The notes under the pieces were generated by a model. The model was not told the origin of the DNA. It worked only from the letters and a program-made list of their open reading frames with translations, and did not search any database. Positions 1 to 9,487 of a DNA stretch of 38,899 bases are shown here, piece after piece (position 1 is the first letter of the stretch; every line of letters begins with the position of its first letter). A program made the translations under genes and the position numbers. The stretch is taken from contig JBJHDK010000016.1 of assembly GCA_050486505.1 (NCBI GenBank), forward strand, positions 1 through 38,899, given 5' to 3'. The stretch comes from Fibrobacteria bacterium (lineage in GTDB: Bacteria > Fibrobacterota > Fibrobacteria > UBA11236).

Positions 1-359
1 ACCGCAGCCATGAGCACATCGATGCGGCGACCTTCGTCAAGGACATCGAGCGAAGCCTCATCAACTCGGGCAAGGTCGAGTTCGTCGCGAGCAGCGCCGA
101 GCGCGACCAGCTGCGCGAGGAGCGTGCCGATCAGGCGCAGCACTCCGCAATCGAGACCCGGCGCCTGCAGGGCGAGGAGGCCGGCGCCGAACTCATGCTC
201 ATGGGGACGATCAATTCCATCGTGGACCGTGAGGGGCGACGCGAGGTGATCTTCTACCAGGTCAATCTCGAGCTGGTGGAGATCGAAAGCAACCGCAAGC
301 TCTGGATCGGTGACAAGAAAATCAAGAAATACCTGACCCGCAGCTCGGCCCGGATGTAG
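1..359 (+). CDS. lpoB: Penicillin-binding protein activator LpoB family lipoprotein (3' part, truncated by window start)
   Basis: Not in the ORF track. The frame from position 3 reads RSHEHIDAATFVKDIERSLINSGKVEFV...GTINSIVDREGRREVIFYQVNLELVEIESNRKLWIGDKKIKK, ending at TAG 357-359. This matches the LpoB C-terminal pattern, and the gene sits directly upstream of a COG3014-like gene. Confidence 0.8.
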   Translation, partial: RSHEHIDAATFVKDIERSLINSGKVEFVASSAERDQLREERADQAQHSAIETRRLQGEEAGAELMLMGTINSIVDREGRREVIFYQVNLELVEIESNRKLWIGDKKIKKYLTRSSARM

Positions 360-383
360 GGCAAAGCCCTTCCGGTTTTTGCC

Positions 384-1805
384 ATGCGCTTCTGGGCCCT
401 GGTCGCCTGCGCCGTGCTGTTGGCGGGTTGCGCGAATCGCGGTCTGGTGCGCTACGACGCCTTGGCGGGGCAGGCTGCGGCGCAGGAATACCTCGCCGCC
501 GCGGAAGAGCTCCGCAAGAAGCGTTCCGCTCTCTACGGCAACCAGAGCGACCTGCTCTTCCACATGGACCTCGGCCTGCTGTACCATTACGCCGGCCTTT
601 ACGACAGCAGCATCGTCCACTTCGATCTGGCGGCTGAAATTCATGACGAACTGTTCACCCGCTCCGTGAGCGCCGAGGCGGCCTCCCTTCTGGTCAACGA
701 CAACATGCGCGCCTATCGCGGGCGATCTTACGAGATCATCTGGTTGCACGTGTTTCAGGCCTACAACTATCTGGCCATGGGTCGCCTGGATGGCGCGCGC
801 GTCGAGATGCGGCGCGCGGATCTTGCCCTCAATGAAGTGCGCCGCACCGCAGGCAACCACAAAGCGGCCTACCGAGACGATGCGCTCTACCGCGCCACCG
901 CCGCGCTCGTTTACGAAGCCCTGGGAGAAACGGACGCGGCAGCCATCTCCATCTATTTCGCCATACGGACGCTTCGGGACACGGGGCAGCCGGTTCCCGA
1001 CGATCTCGCGGCGTGGGCCTACCGCCTTCTAGACGCGGCGGATCGTCCCAACGACATCCGGGAGCTGGAGCTTTCTCCGCCTCCCGGGCCCGATACCACC
1101 TTCGCCGGCGGGGGGGAAATCATCGTGATCGGCAGGCTGGGCCGCTCCCCTGCGTTGGGTGAAACGGTCTTTCAAGGGACTTGGATTCGGGACGGCCTGC
1201 TGGTGTTTCATTACCGCGATGCCGACGGGAACCGGATCACCGATGCCCTGCCCGCTCCCGGACTGCCGCCCTCCGAGCAGGAGAAAGCGGCACAGGGGCG
1301 CCGCACGCGTTCGGGAACCACGGTGTCCGTGAAGTGGGCCATGCCCGCCCTGAGAAATGTCCCGGTGCAGTCGCACAACCTCATGGTGGCCAGCGAGTTC
1401 GGCACCGCGCGTGGGGAAACCTGGGGCGACACCCGCACCCTGCTTGAGCGCGACCTCGAAGCGAACCACACGGCCGTCCTTGCTCGCACGGTCACTCGAG
1501 TGGTCGTGCGGACACTGGCCGCGCAGCGGGCCAAGTCCGAGATGACCGGGGACAACCCATGGCTCAACCTGCTGATGAGCCTCAGCGTCGATTTCTTCTC
1601 CTCGCAAATGGAGCAGGCCGACGTGCGCCTGTGGTTTCTGTTGCCGCGCACGGTCGAAGTGGTCCGGATTCCCGTGCCCGCCGGAAACCACACGCTCGAA
1701 CTCGGCGCGGTCAACCAGGCGGGGCGAACGGTTTCCTCCGAGGTCGTGGATGTCACCGTAACCCCGGGCGGGAGGACCTTCGTCTTTTTTACTTCGCCCC
1801 GCTGA
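384..1805 (+). CDS. COG3014-like TPR-containing lipoprotein
   Basis: Signal peptide with lipobox LLAGC, helical N-half, NDN.RAY.G..YE and ADVRLWFLLP motifs; adjacent to lpoB. Confidence 0.75.
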   Translation: MRFWALVACAVLLAGCANRGLVRYDALAGQAAAQEYLAAAEELRKKRSALYGNQSDLLFHMDLGLLYHYAGLYDSSIVHFDLAAEIHDELFTRSVSAEAASLLVNDNMRAYRGRSYEIIWLHVFQAYNYLAMGRLDGARVEMRRADLALNEVRRTAGNHKAAYRDDALYRATAALVYEALGETDAAAISIYFAIRTLRDTGQPVPDDLAAWAYRLLDAADRPNDIRELELSPPPGPDTTFAGGGEIIVIGRLGRSPALGETVFQGTWIRDGLLVFHYRDADGNRITDALPAPGLPPSEQEKAAQGRRTRSGTTVSVKWAMPALRNVPVQSHNLMVASEFGTARGETWGDTRTLLERDLEANHTAVLARTVTRVVVRTLAAQRAKSEMTGDNPWLNLLMSLSVDFFSSQMEQADVRLWFLLPRTVEVVRIPVPAGNHTLELGAVNQAGRTVSSEVVDVTVTPGGRTFVFFTSPR

Positions 1806-1819
1806 ATCCCTCCGGGATC

Positions 1820-2992
1820 TTACTGCAACTCGATCAGGCGGAACGCGAGCCAAACGAGCCCCATCGCGCTGATGGCCAGGCTGGCGGGCACGACGATCCG
1901 CGCGAAGTACCACGACTTCTTGCGGAACCATACGGTCAACGCGAAGGCGATCGCAATGACTGCGACCTGACCGATTTCGACTCCGAGATTGAAGCCGATG
2001 AGCGCCGGCCAGAACGCTCCTTCCGGGAGTCCGAGATCGTGCAGAACCCCGGCGAAGCCCATGCCGTGAAGGAGGCCGAAGGCGAAGACCACGAGCCAGC
2101 GCGAAGCCCGCACCTTGCGGAAAAACACGTTCTCGATGCCGACCACGATGATTGAGAGTGCGATGAGAGGTTCGACGATCGCAGGAGACAACGCAAAAAC
2201 CCCAAGCACGGACAGCGCAAGCGTGATGGAGTGGGCCACCGTGAATGCCGTGACCTGGAAGAGCAGCGGACGCATCCTGGTGGAAAAGAAGAAGAGTCCG
2301 AGCACGAAGAGGATGTGGTCGAGCCCGTAGGGCAGGATGTGCGCGAAGCCCAGCACGGTGAAGCGCCCGAACACGCCGTCGGTTCCGGCTCCGCCTTCGC
2401 GCGCGCGCTCCAGCAGGGAGTCGAGCGCGGTTTCGGCAAGGGGGAGGCGCAAGGTCCGGTCGAGGGTGAGCCAGCGCCGCTCGACCAAGGTGTCACGCCA
2501 GTAGACCGAAACGTCCGCGATGGTTTGCACCCCGAACTCCGGAAAGATCGCGGGGCTCACCCTCATTATCGTTCGCTCGCGCGGCAGCGCGGCCGCAAGA
2601 GTGAAAACATGGGTCGTGTCCCAGAATGCCGCGCTGTCCCGGACCAGGTCATCCTCGGGCCCGGCGCCTCCCCGCTTCCACTGGCGAACGCGGACATCCC
2701 GCAGGGCGCGGTTGTCGACCTGGAGGTTGAGCCGCGACAGCAGGTAGTGCACGGCGGACTCCTGGTGGCGTGCGAATTTTTCAGGATCGTATTCACCGTA
2801 TTCCAGGTCGCTGCCAAGCGCGTACAGGAGATCGTCCGTATTGACGTCCAGCTTGATCGTGACGGAATCGGTCTCAAGCAGGCGGATCGTGATCTGGGAC
2901 GTGCCGTTGGGATGCGCGTCGAGTGTCCGGGTTCCGGCCAGGATGATGCACAGCGAAAACAGGAGGACGGGAAATGAGGAAAATCGCGACAT
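1820..2992 (-). CDS. HupE/UreJ family membrane protein with N-terminal periplasmic domain
   Basis: Signal peptide ending A-H-P; GFAHIL..GLDHILF, TAFTVAHSITL, EPLIALSI, FGLLHGMGFA and FNLGVEIGQ motifs. Start moved to ATG 2992. Confidence 0.85.
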   Translation of the reverse strand: MSRFSSFPVLLFSLCIILAGTRTLDAHPNGTSQITIRLLETDSVTIKLDVNTDDLLYALGSDLEYGEYDPEKFARHQESAVHYLLSRLNLQVDNRALRDVRVRQWKRGGAGPEDDLVRDSAAFWDTTHVFTLAAALPRERTIMRVSPAIFPEFGVQTIADVSVYWRDTLVERRWLTLDRTLRLPLAETALDSLLERAREGGAGTDGVFGRFTVLGFAHILPYGLDHILFVLGLFFFSTRMRPLLFQVTAFTVAHSITLALSVLGVFALSPAIVEPLIALSIIVVGIENVFFRKVRASRWLVVFAFGLLHGMGFAGVLHDLGLPEGAFWPALIGFNLGVEIGQVAVIAIAFALTVWFRKKSWYFARIVVPASLAISAMGLVWLAFRLIELQ

Positions 2993-3035
2993 GGCGAGCC
3001 AATATAGCAGCGAACCCCCTGCCTGGATCCTGCCG

Positions 3036-4124
3036 TCAGGGGACGAGGGCGTCGCACATTGCGCGCACGTCGGAATCACGCAAGCCCGCGTGCAATGGAA
3101 GCGCGACCACGGTCCTCGCAAGAGCGCGTGCGACGGGGCATTCCACCCGTTCGGGCGCCCGGTAGACGGGCAGGTCCGGCAACGCGGCGGGATAGTACAC
3201 CTGGTGTCCGATTCCCCGCGCGTCCAGCTGCGCGGCGAAGGCGGCGCGGTTCCGGGCCCGGACCACGAAGGCGTGCCAGGCGGATCGTCCCTCCCGTGCA
3301 GGGGTCAGCGGAACGATGTCCGGGTTGCCGCGCAGCACGCGCAGGTAGCGCGCCGCGATGGCGGTGCGGCGCGTGTTGTCCGCCGCGAGCGAGGGCAGCT
3401 TCAACCCGAGGAAGAGGGCCTGCACGGCATTCAGGCGTGCATTGTAGCCCGCCTCGACGGGATGAAAGCGGCGCGCCTGGCCATGGTCGCGCAATCGCCG
3501 CAGTCGCTCTGCCGTGCGCCGCGACGTTGTCAGGATCGCGCCGCCGTCGCCGATGCCACCGAGGTTCTTGGTGGGGTAGAAGGAAAAGCACCCGAACTCG
3601 CCGAGGGTTCCGAGCGGCCGCCCGCGCCACGTCCCGCCGTGCGCCTGCGCAGCATCCTCGATGAGGGCGACGCGCTTCCCCGCAAGCAGGCGCAGGGTGT
3701 CCATGTCGGCGGGGTGGCCGAAGAGGTGGGTCGCCACGATGGCGCGGGTCTTGCGCGTGATCACGCGCGCGACGGACATGGGGTCGAGACAGGCATCGCG
3801 CGGGCTGACATCGGCGAAGACCGGGCGGGCCCCCAGGTGTACGACGGGGCCGGCCGCGCCCGGGAAGGTGAGAGCCGGCAGCACGACCTCGTCCCCGGCC
3901 TTCACCCCCGCTGCGACCAGGGACAGGTGAAGGGCCATGGTGCCGCTCGAGACGGCGACGCAATGTCGGGCTCCCGTCGCGGCGGCGAAGCCGCCCTCGA
4001 AGGCTTCCACGGCAGGTCCGCCGACGAAGGAGCCGGCACGGTAAAGAGCCTTCATTTCACGCAGGAAGCGGGCTTCGAGACGCCGGTTGACGGAGTGGAG
4101 ATCGAGAAACGGGACGGGATGCAT
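3036..4124 (-). CDS. DegT/DnrJ/EryC1/StrS family PLP-dependent sugar aminotransferase
   Basis: VPFLDL start, SSGTMAL, IEDAAQAHG, FSFYPTKNLGGIGDGG (PLP lysine), GYNARL. Confidence 0.92.
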   Translation of the reverse strand: MHPVPFLDLHSVNRRLEARFLREMKALYRAGSFVGGPAVEAFEGGFAAATGARHCVAVSSGTMALHLSLVAAGVKAGDEVVLPALTFPGAAGPVVHLGARPVFADVSPRDACLDPMSVARVITRKTRAIVATHLFGHPADMDTLRLLAGKRVALIEDAAQAHGGTWRGRPLGTLGEFGCFSFYPTKNLGGIGDGGAILTTSRRTAERLRRLRDHGQARRFHPVEAGYNARLNAVQALFLGLKLPSLAADNTRRTAIAARYLRVLRGNPDIVPLTPAREGRSAWHAFVVRARNRAAFAAQLDARGIGHQVYYPAALPDLPVYRAPERVECPVARALARTVVALPLHAGLRDSDVRAMCDALVP

Positions 4125-4253
4125 CGGGCATCAAGGTAACTGCCCCCGGGCCGGGTCGGGCCCGCGCGGAGCCCCCCGAAATTCCCTGCAGTGTTCGCCG
4201 GGCTTTTCTAGGTTTAGCCCCCTGTTTTATTGCTGAAAAGGCGGGTTGCAAGC

Positions 4254-5534
4254 ATGCCGAATCGAGTCATCGTGGGCGCCCAGTGGGGCGATGAGGGTAA
4301 GGCCAAGGTCGTGGACTATCTGACCGGCGAGGCGGATTACGTGATCCGTTTCCAGGGCGGCGCCAATGCCGGCCACACGGTCGAGGTGGGCGACGAAAAA
4401 TTCGTGTTCCACTTGCTGCCCTCGGGCCTGATGCGCCCGGGGACGACCTGCGTGATCGGGAACGGCGTGGTGCTTGACCCCGAGCAGGTGCTGAAGGAAA
4501 TCGGCGATGTGCGGGCCAAGGGAATCGACGCCGACGGGCGCCTGTGGCTTTCGGAGGCGGCGCACGTGGTGCTGCCCACCCACAAGCTTCTCGACCAGCT
4601 CAAGGAAAAGGCCGCAGGCAAGCACGCCATCGGCACGACCGGGCGCGGCATCGGCCCGGCCTACCACGACAAGGTTTCGCGCGTGGGCGTGCGGGTGGGC
4701 GACCTGCTCGAGGACGACCAGTTGCGCGCGCGTCTCGAGAAGGCGCTGGCCGCGCACAACGAGATCATCACGAAGATTTACGGGGGGACTGCCGTCGACG
4801 TCGATCCCGTGCATGCGCAGTACCGTGCCTTCGGGGAATCGCTGCGGCCTTACGTGGCGGACTGCGTCGCGCTGCTCGGCCAGGCGCTCAAGGAAAACAA
4901 GGGGCTTTTGTTCGAGGGCGCGCAGGGCACCATCCTCGACGTCGACCATGGAACCTACCCCTTCGTGACCTCGTCGAACACCATCGCGGGCGCGGCCTGC
5001 GCCGGATCGGGCGTGGGTCCGACCGCCATCGACCAGGTCCTCGGCGTGGTGAAGGCCTACACGACGCGCGTGGGCAATGGCCCCTTCCCGACGGAGATCG
5101 AGGGGGGGCTCGGTGCCGAATTGCGCCGCATCGGCCACGAGTTCGGCGCGACCACGGGACGGGAGCGGCGCTGCGGCTGGTTCGACGCCGTGGTGGTGCG
5201 CCGCGCAGCCATGGTCAACGGTCTGACGCATCTGGCCGTGACCAAGCTCGATGTGCTCGACACCTTCGACTCGATCGAAGTCTGCACGGCGTACGAGATC
5301 GACGGCAAGCGTGTCGACCACTTCCCGTCCTCTTTGGCACGGCTCGAGCGGGTCAAGCCGGTGTACGAGACCTTGCCCGGCTGGAAGTCCGATACGACGG
5401 CGATCACCCGCGCCGAGGACCTGCCCGTCAATGCGCGGAAATACCTTGATCGCCTCTCCGAACTGGTGGATGTTCCCGTGGGTCTGTTGTCGCTCGGCCC
5501 GAAGCGCCACCAGACCATCCGCATGGGGATGTGA
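4254..5534 (+). CDS. purA: Adenylosuccinate synthase
   Basis: GAQWGDEGKAK, RFQGGANAGHT, IGTTGRGIGPAY, EGAQG, GTYPFVTSS, EFGATTGRERRCGW. Confidence 0.98.
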   Translation: MPNRVIVGAQWGDEGKAKVVDYLTGEADYVIRFQGGANAGHTVEVGDEKFVFHLLPSGLMRPGTTCVIGNGVVLDPEQVLKEIGDVRAKGIDADGRLWLSEAAHVVLPTHKLLDQLKEKAAGKHAIGTTGRGIGPAYHDKVSRVGVRVGDLLEDDQLRARLEKALAAHNEIITKIYGGTAVDVDPVHAQYRAFGESLRPYVADCVALLGQALKENKGLLFEGAQGTILDVDHGTYPFVTSSNTIAGAACAGSGVGPTAIDQVLGVVKAYTTRVGNGPFPTEIEGGLGAELRRIGHEFGATTGRERRCGWFDAVVVRRAAMVNGLTHLAVTKLDVLDTFDSIEVCTAYEIDGKRVDHFPSSLARLERVKPVYETLPGWKSDTTAITRAEDLPVNARKYLDRLSELVDVPVGLLSLGPKRHQTIRMGM

Positions 5535-5559
5535 CGAGAATTTGGAATCGAGAATTGAG
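5535..5559 (+). repeat. Short heptamer tandem array (CGAGAAT/TTGGAAT/CGAGAAT/TGAG)
   Basis: Starts immediately after the purA stop; same unit family as the arrays at 9471 and 35691. Confidence 0.55.
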
Positions 5560-5648
5560 CCCCATGAGGTCACGGAGCGAACGAATCATTGAGGATCGGG
5601 AGTGGGGAGCAGGCCGCGTAAATTCATGACGTGTTTTTAGCCCCCCAT

Positions 5649-5683
5649 ACGATAAGAGCCTCCCATCGGGAGGCTCTTATCGT
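5649..5683. terminator. Perfect 16-bp hairpin between convergent purA and DUF1080 genes (probable terminator)
   Basis: ACGATAAGAGCCTCCC-ATC-GGGAGGCTCTTATCGT; no strong U-tract. Confidence 0.7.
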
Positions 5684-5762
5684 TGATGCAGGAAAGTTCC
5701 GGTCGCCGAGTGTTTGCTCCCGACTCCGCAGGGCAACCCCGGCGAACGTATCGAGGCGACTC

Positions 5763-6944
5763 TCAGAGAAGCGTCATCTTCTCGCTGTACACACCCGCGG
5801 GAGTGATGGCACGGATCACGTGCAGGCCTTTGCCCGACGTGGACGGCGCCCATTGGAAGGGAGCCTGCCCCGTGTGGGTACCGATGCGATTGCCGCGCAT
5901 GTCGAAGGCCTCGAGCGTCACCCGGCCCGAGCCGCCGACATGGATGGTGTTGTCGATGAAGCTCATGGGCGCCGCAATGCGGGCATCGCGCACGCTGCCG
6001 CGGATGCCGGCGACGTTGCAGGCTTCTTCATTGTGCTTGACGAAGTAGGTCTTGTAGTTGGGGTTCTCCGGCGTCATGCAGCCTTCGAGGTCGAGAACTT
6101 CGACCTTGCGGAATCGGGTACCGTGCGACTCCGACTGCAGCAGGATGTAGCCGCCGGGAATGGGTGTTCCGTTGACGATGGTGACTCCGGGCGCGAGGTT
6201 GCTGGCGTTACCAGACCACTGAACCGGACGATAGTAGGTGTAGACCAATTGGTCTTCGACGTAGTAACGGATGATGGAATCGGCGTGTGCCACGACGGAA
6301 ACCGTCAACCAGTTGGGTGCGAGCGCCTGGCTGCGGTCATTGTTCGCGGCCGACACGCAGTGGTTCGTGTTGACGCTTCCACCGGTCGGCGTGGTGTAGA
6401 ATGCGGTTCCCGGGGTGCACAGGTTCATGGTGCTGTTGGGGTCCGCGCCTGTGTTGTTGGGGCCGAGCAGCTGCGCTTCCATGCTGATCGGGAAGTCCTG
6501 GTTGAGGCCCATGCTGGCCGCAGACTGCGAATGGTGCATGATGCCGTTGTTCTGAAGAGCCCAGGAGCCGGGGTTGCCGGCAACCTGGTTCCCGTAGAAA
6601 TGGTGTTCCACCCGGACGATGAAGTACGAAAACTCCCTGTGCTTGTAGCCGATGTGCCCGAAGTTGTTGTTGAATGTCGTGTATTGGTCATAGTTCACTT
6701 CCAGAACGGTGTCTCCCTGGAACGTCGCCCAACGGAAGGTCCTGCGGGGATCGACGTTGAGCGCCGATCCCGTGATTTTGATGTCCCAGTCGTTCAGCAG
6801 GTTCGTATCGGCCTTGTTGAAGAGCTGGATCCAGGCGGAATCGTTCGGGCCTCCGCCGTATTGGGCATGCGTCGTGGTCGGGGACATGGCCAGGATGGCG
6901 ACGAGGGCGAGCGTCGCGGAGACGCCGGGAAAAGTCAGATGCAT
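5763..6944 (-). CDS. Secreted DUF1080 (3-keto-disaccharide hydrolase/lyase family) protein with T9SS-like C-terminal domain
   Basis: Signal peptide (THAQ), WIQLFN, NNGIMHHSQ, FPISMEAQLLG, TMNLCTPGT, GYILLQSESHGTRFRKVEV. The extra ~80-aa tail contains FDMRGNRI...GLHVIR. Confidence 0.85.
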   Translation of the reverse strand: MHLTFPGVSATLALVAILAMSPTTTHAQYGGGPNDSAWIQLFNKADTNLLNDWDIKITGSALNVDPRRTFRWATFQGDTVLEVNYDQYTTFNNNFGHIGYKHREFSYFIVRVEHHFYGNQVAGNPGSWALQNNGIMHHSQSAASMGLNQDFPISMEAQLLGPNNTGADPNSTMNLCTPGTAFYTTPTGGSVNTNHCVSAANNDRSQALAPNWLTVSVVAHADSIIRYYVEDQLVYTYYRPVQWSGNASNLAPGVTIVNGTPIPGGYILLQSESHGTRFRKVEVLDLEGCMTPENPNYKTYFVKHNEEACNVAGIRGSVRDARIAAPMSFIDNTIHVGGSGRVTLEAFDMRGNRIGTHTGQAPFQWAPSTSGKGLHVIRAITPAGVYSEKMTLL

Positions 6945-7145
6945 GGGAAGATCCTTCGAAGAAACGAGCCATGAATATAAGGCGTAAATGCCGGACGCGG
7001 CCCTTGTTTCTTGGGGAATCCGCACGGAACCAGTCGCTGACCATCGGGATATTCCATCGGCGACCCGAAAAATTGCGTGGAGGTGGAATTTTTCGGCTCG
7101 GAGATACCGCGGAGATTCTCCCGCGCCGATTTACTTTTGCCCACC

Positions 7146-8450
7146 ATGAGCAAAAAACAGGAAATCAGGCTGGGAATCGTCGGACTCGGAACCGTCGGGC
7201 AGGGTGTGGTCGAATTGATTGAACGGCATCGCGCTTTTTACTCCCGCGAGCTCGGGATCGATTTCCGCTTCGTCGCTGCGGGGGCCCGCCTCGACGAGGA
7301 GCTGGCGAAAGTGCGGGACGCGGGTTGCATGAAGTCGAAGGATGCCCTCGAGGTGGCGCGGCATCCCGATGTCGACATTTTCATCGAACTGGCGGGCGGC
7401 GAGGACATGCCCAAGCCCTGGATCGAGGCGGCACTGGGCGCGGGCAAGCACGTGGTGACGGCGAACAAGGCCCTGCTGGCGAAACACGGATCCGACCTGT
7501 TTCCGCTCGCCGCGCGGCAGGAGAGGGCCCTGATGTTCGAGGCGGCTGTGGGCGGCGGAATCCCCATCGTCCGTGCGTTGCAGGACAGCCTCGTCGGCAA
7601 CGACATCGAGGGTCTTGCCTGCATCATCAATGGAACCTGCAACTACATCCTCACCGAGATGACGGTGAAGAAGAGCGCGTTCGACGAAACCCTCGCGGAA
7701 GCGCAGCGACTGGGGTATGCCGAGGCCAACCCGACCTTCGACGTGGACGGGATCGACTCCGTTCACAAAGTGGCCTTGTTGGCGTCGATGATCCATGGCC
7801 GTTATGTCGATTACCGCAAGCTGCACGTCGAGGGCATCCGCAATGTTTCCGCGCTCGATATCCAGACGGCGGCGGAGCTGGGGTACGAGGTCAAGCTGCT
7901 CGGCGTGGTGACTCAGTCCGGCGGAAGGATCCTTGCGGCCGTTTATCCCGCTCTTCTCGAGAAGGGTCATCAACTCGCATCGGTGCACGGGGTGCTGAAC
8001 GCGGTGTATCTCAAGGCATCGGCGGCCGGTCCGCAGTTGTTCACCGGGGCGGGTGCGGGGCGTTATCCCACCGCCAGCGCGGTAACGGCTGATTTGGTGG
8101 CCATCGCGCGGAGGATGGCAGCGGGAGCCCCGGCGCGTCGGGAGATGGATTTCTTTACGGTGGACAACGCTGCGGATCTTCTTCCGATCGACGAACTGGA
8201 AACGGAGTTTTATCTCCGCCTCACCACGTTGGACAAGCCAGGCGTACTCAGCAAGGTTACGGGCATTCTCGGCGAACACGGGATCTCCATCCGCGCCCTG
8301 ACGCAAAAACCCGAGCACGATCCCGAGAACGTGCCGGTCATCATCATCACGCACACCGCGCGCAATGCCGAAGTCATGGCCGCGCTCAGGAAAATCGACG
8401 CGCTCGAAGTGATCCGCGAGCCGACGCGTGTGATCCGGTTCTACCAGTAG
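7146..8450 (+). CDS. hom: Homoserine dehydrogenase with C-terminal ACT domain
   Basis: GLGTVGQG, KHVVTANK, FEAAVGGGIP, INGTCNYIL, GAGAGRYPTASAV, and ACT motif DKPGVL. Confidence 0.96.
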   Translation: MSKKQEIRLGIVGLGTVGQGVVELIERHRAFYSRELGIDFRFVAAGARLDEELAKVRDAGCMKSKDALEVARHPDVDIFIELAGGEDMPKPWIEAALGAGKHVVTANKALLAKHGSDLFPLAARQERALMFEAAVGGGIPIVRALQDSLVGNDIEGLACIINGTCNYILTEMTVKKSAFDETLAEAQRLGYAEANPTFDVDGIDSVHKVALLASMIHGRYVDYRKLHVEGIRNVSALDIQTAAELGYEVKLLGVVTQSGGRILAAVYPALLEKGHQLASVHGVLNAVYLKASAAGPQLFTGAGAGRYPTASAVTADLVAIARRMAAGAPARREMDFFTVDNAADLLPIDELETEFYLRLTTLDKPGVLSKVTGILGEHGISIRALTQKPEHDPENVPVIIITHTARNAEVMAALRKIDALEVIREPTRVIRFYQ

Positions 8451-9487
8451 TGGACGTTTTGCGCGTCGGCATCATCGGCACGGGCCATGTCGCGCGTCGT
8501 GCCCACCTCCCCGCGTGGCAGGCGCTGCGCCATGCGAAGGTCGTCGCGGTGTGCGACGTCGATGCAGGCGCTCTCGCCGACGCCACGCGCACACTCGACG
8601 GCGTCGTCGCGTTCGACGATTACCGCGCGCTGCTTGCTTCAGGCGTGGACGCCGTGTCGGTTTGCACGCCGAACGCGTCCCACTTCCCCGCGGCCTTGGC
8701 CGCCCTCGAGGCGGGCAAGCACGTGTTGTGCGAAAAGCCGTTGGGGGTTTCCCCCGCGGAAGCGACTGCGCTGGGAAACGTGGCCGAGGCGCGGGGGCTC
8801 GTGTTGATGACGCAGCACCAGTTGCGCTTCGACGGCCCCGCGGTCGCCGCCCGCGCCTGCGTGGATGCCGGCAGGCTCGGGTTCATCCACCATGCCCGCG
8901 TGCGCGTCCTGCGTCGCGATCGCATTCCTCCCTCGCCAGGCTTCCTTGATCGCGACATGGCGGGCGGGGGAGCGGGTCTCGATCTCGGCGTGCACGCGCT
9001 CGACATGGCCCTGTGGCTCATGGGGTTTCCCCGTCCCGTGAGAGTGACGGGAACGGTTCGCACCGATTTTGCGCGGGGTGATGCCATTCGCGGCAGGTGG
9101 GGCGACTGGGATCGTGCCGCGGTGTCGGTCGAGGATTTTGCAGCCGGCTTCGTGCATTTCGAAAATGGAGCCACACTTGCAGTGGAATGTGCGTGGCTCG
9201 GGCATCATGCCGAAGAAGGGCCCGAGTGCGTTCTCTCGGGCATGAACGGGGCGCTCCGTTGGCCGGCCTGCGAACTCACGTCCCAAGGGGCGTTCTTCCG
9301 CCGGGAGGCGCTGGAGATCCCCGAGGTCGGGTCGCCGCATTTTGCCGCCGTGCGCGCCTTTCACGATGCCGTCCGTTCAGGCGGTCCATCGCCCGTGCCC
9401 TGGCAGGAGGCCCGCACCTCCCTGGAAATCATCGAAGCCCTTTACGCGTCAGCGCGGGAAGGGAGAGAGATGAGAATTGAGAATTAA
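8450..9487 (+). CDS. Gfo/Idh/MocA family oxidoreductase
   Basis: GIIGTG, CTPNASH, GKHVLCEKP, GGGAGLDLGVHALD. The GTG start overlaps the hom stop. Confidence 0.9.
   Translation: MDVLRVGIIGTGHVARRAHLPAWQALRHAKVVAVCDVDAGALADATRTLDGVVAFDDYRALLASGVDAVSVCTPNASHFPAALAALEAGKHVLCEKPLGVSPAEATALGNVAEARGLVLMTQHQLRFDGPAVAARACVDAGRLGFIHHARVRVLRRDRIPPSPGFLDRDMAGGGAGLDLGVHALDMALWLMGFPRPVRVTGTVRTDFARGDAIRGRWGDWDRAAVSVEDFAAGFVHFENGATLAVECAWLGHHAEEGPECVLSGMNGALRWPACELTSQGAFFRREALEIPEVGSPHFAAVRAFHDAVRSGGPSPVPWQEARTSLEIIEALYASAREGREMRIEN

Noticed and set aside
4227..5573. 448-aa antisense ORF over purA, and similar long shadow ORFs (2841-4139, 5631-6974, 26153-27571, 33041-34402, 36022-37836)
   Set aside because: They mirror well-supported genes on the other strand, lack motifs, and are expected in high-GC DNA with few stop codons.
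6945..7145. Possible riboswitch or attenuator upstream of hom
   Set aside because: No recognisable aptamer, Thr-rich leader peptide or terminator hairpin.
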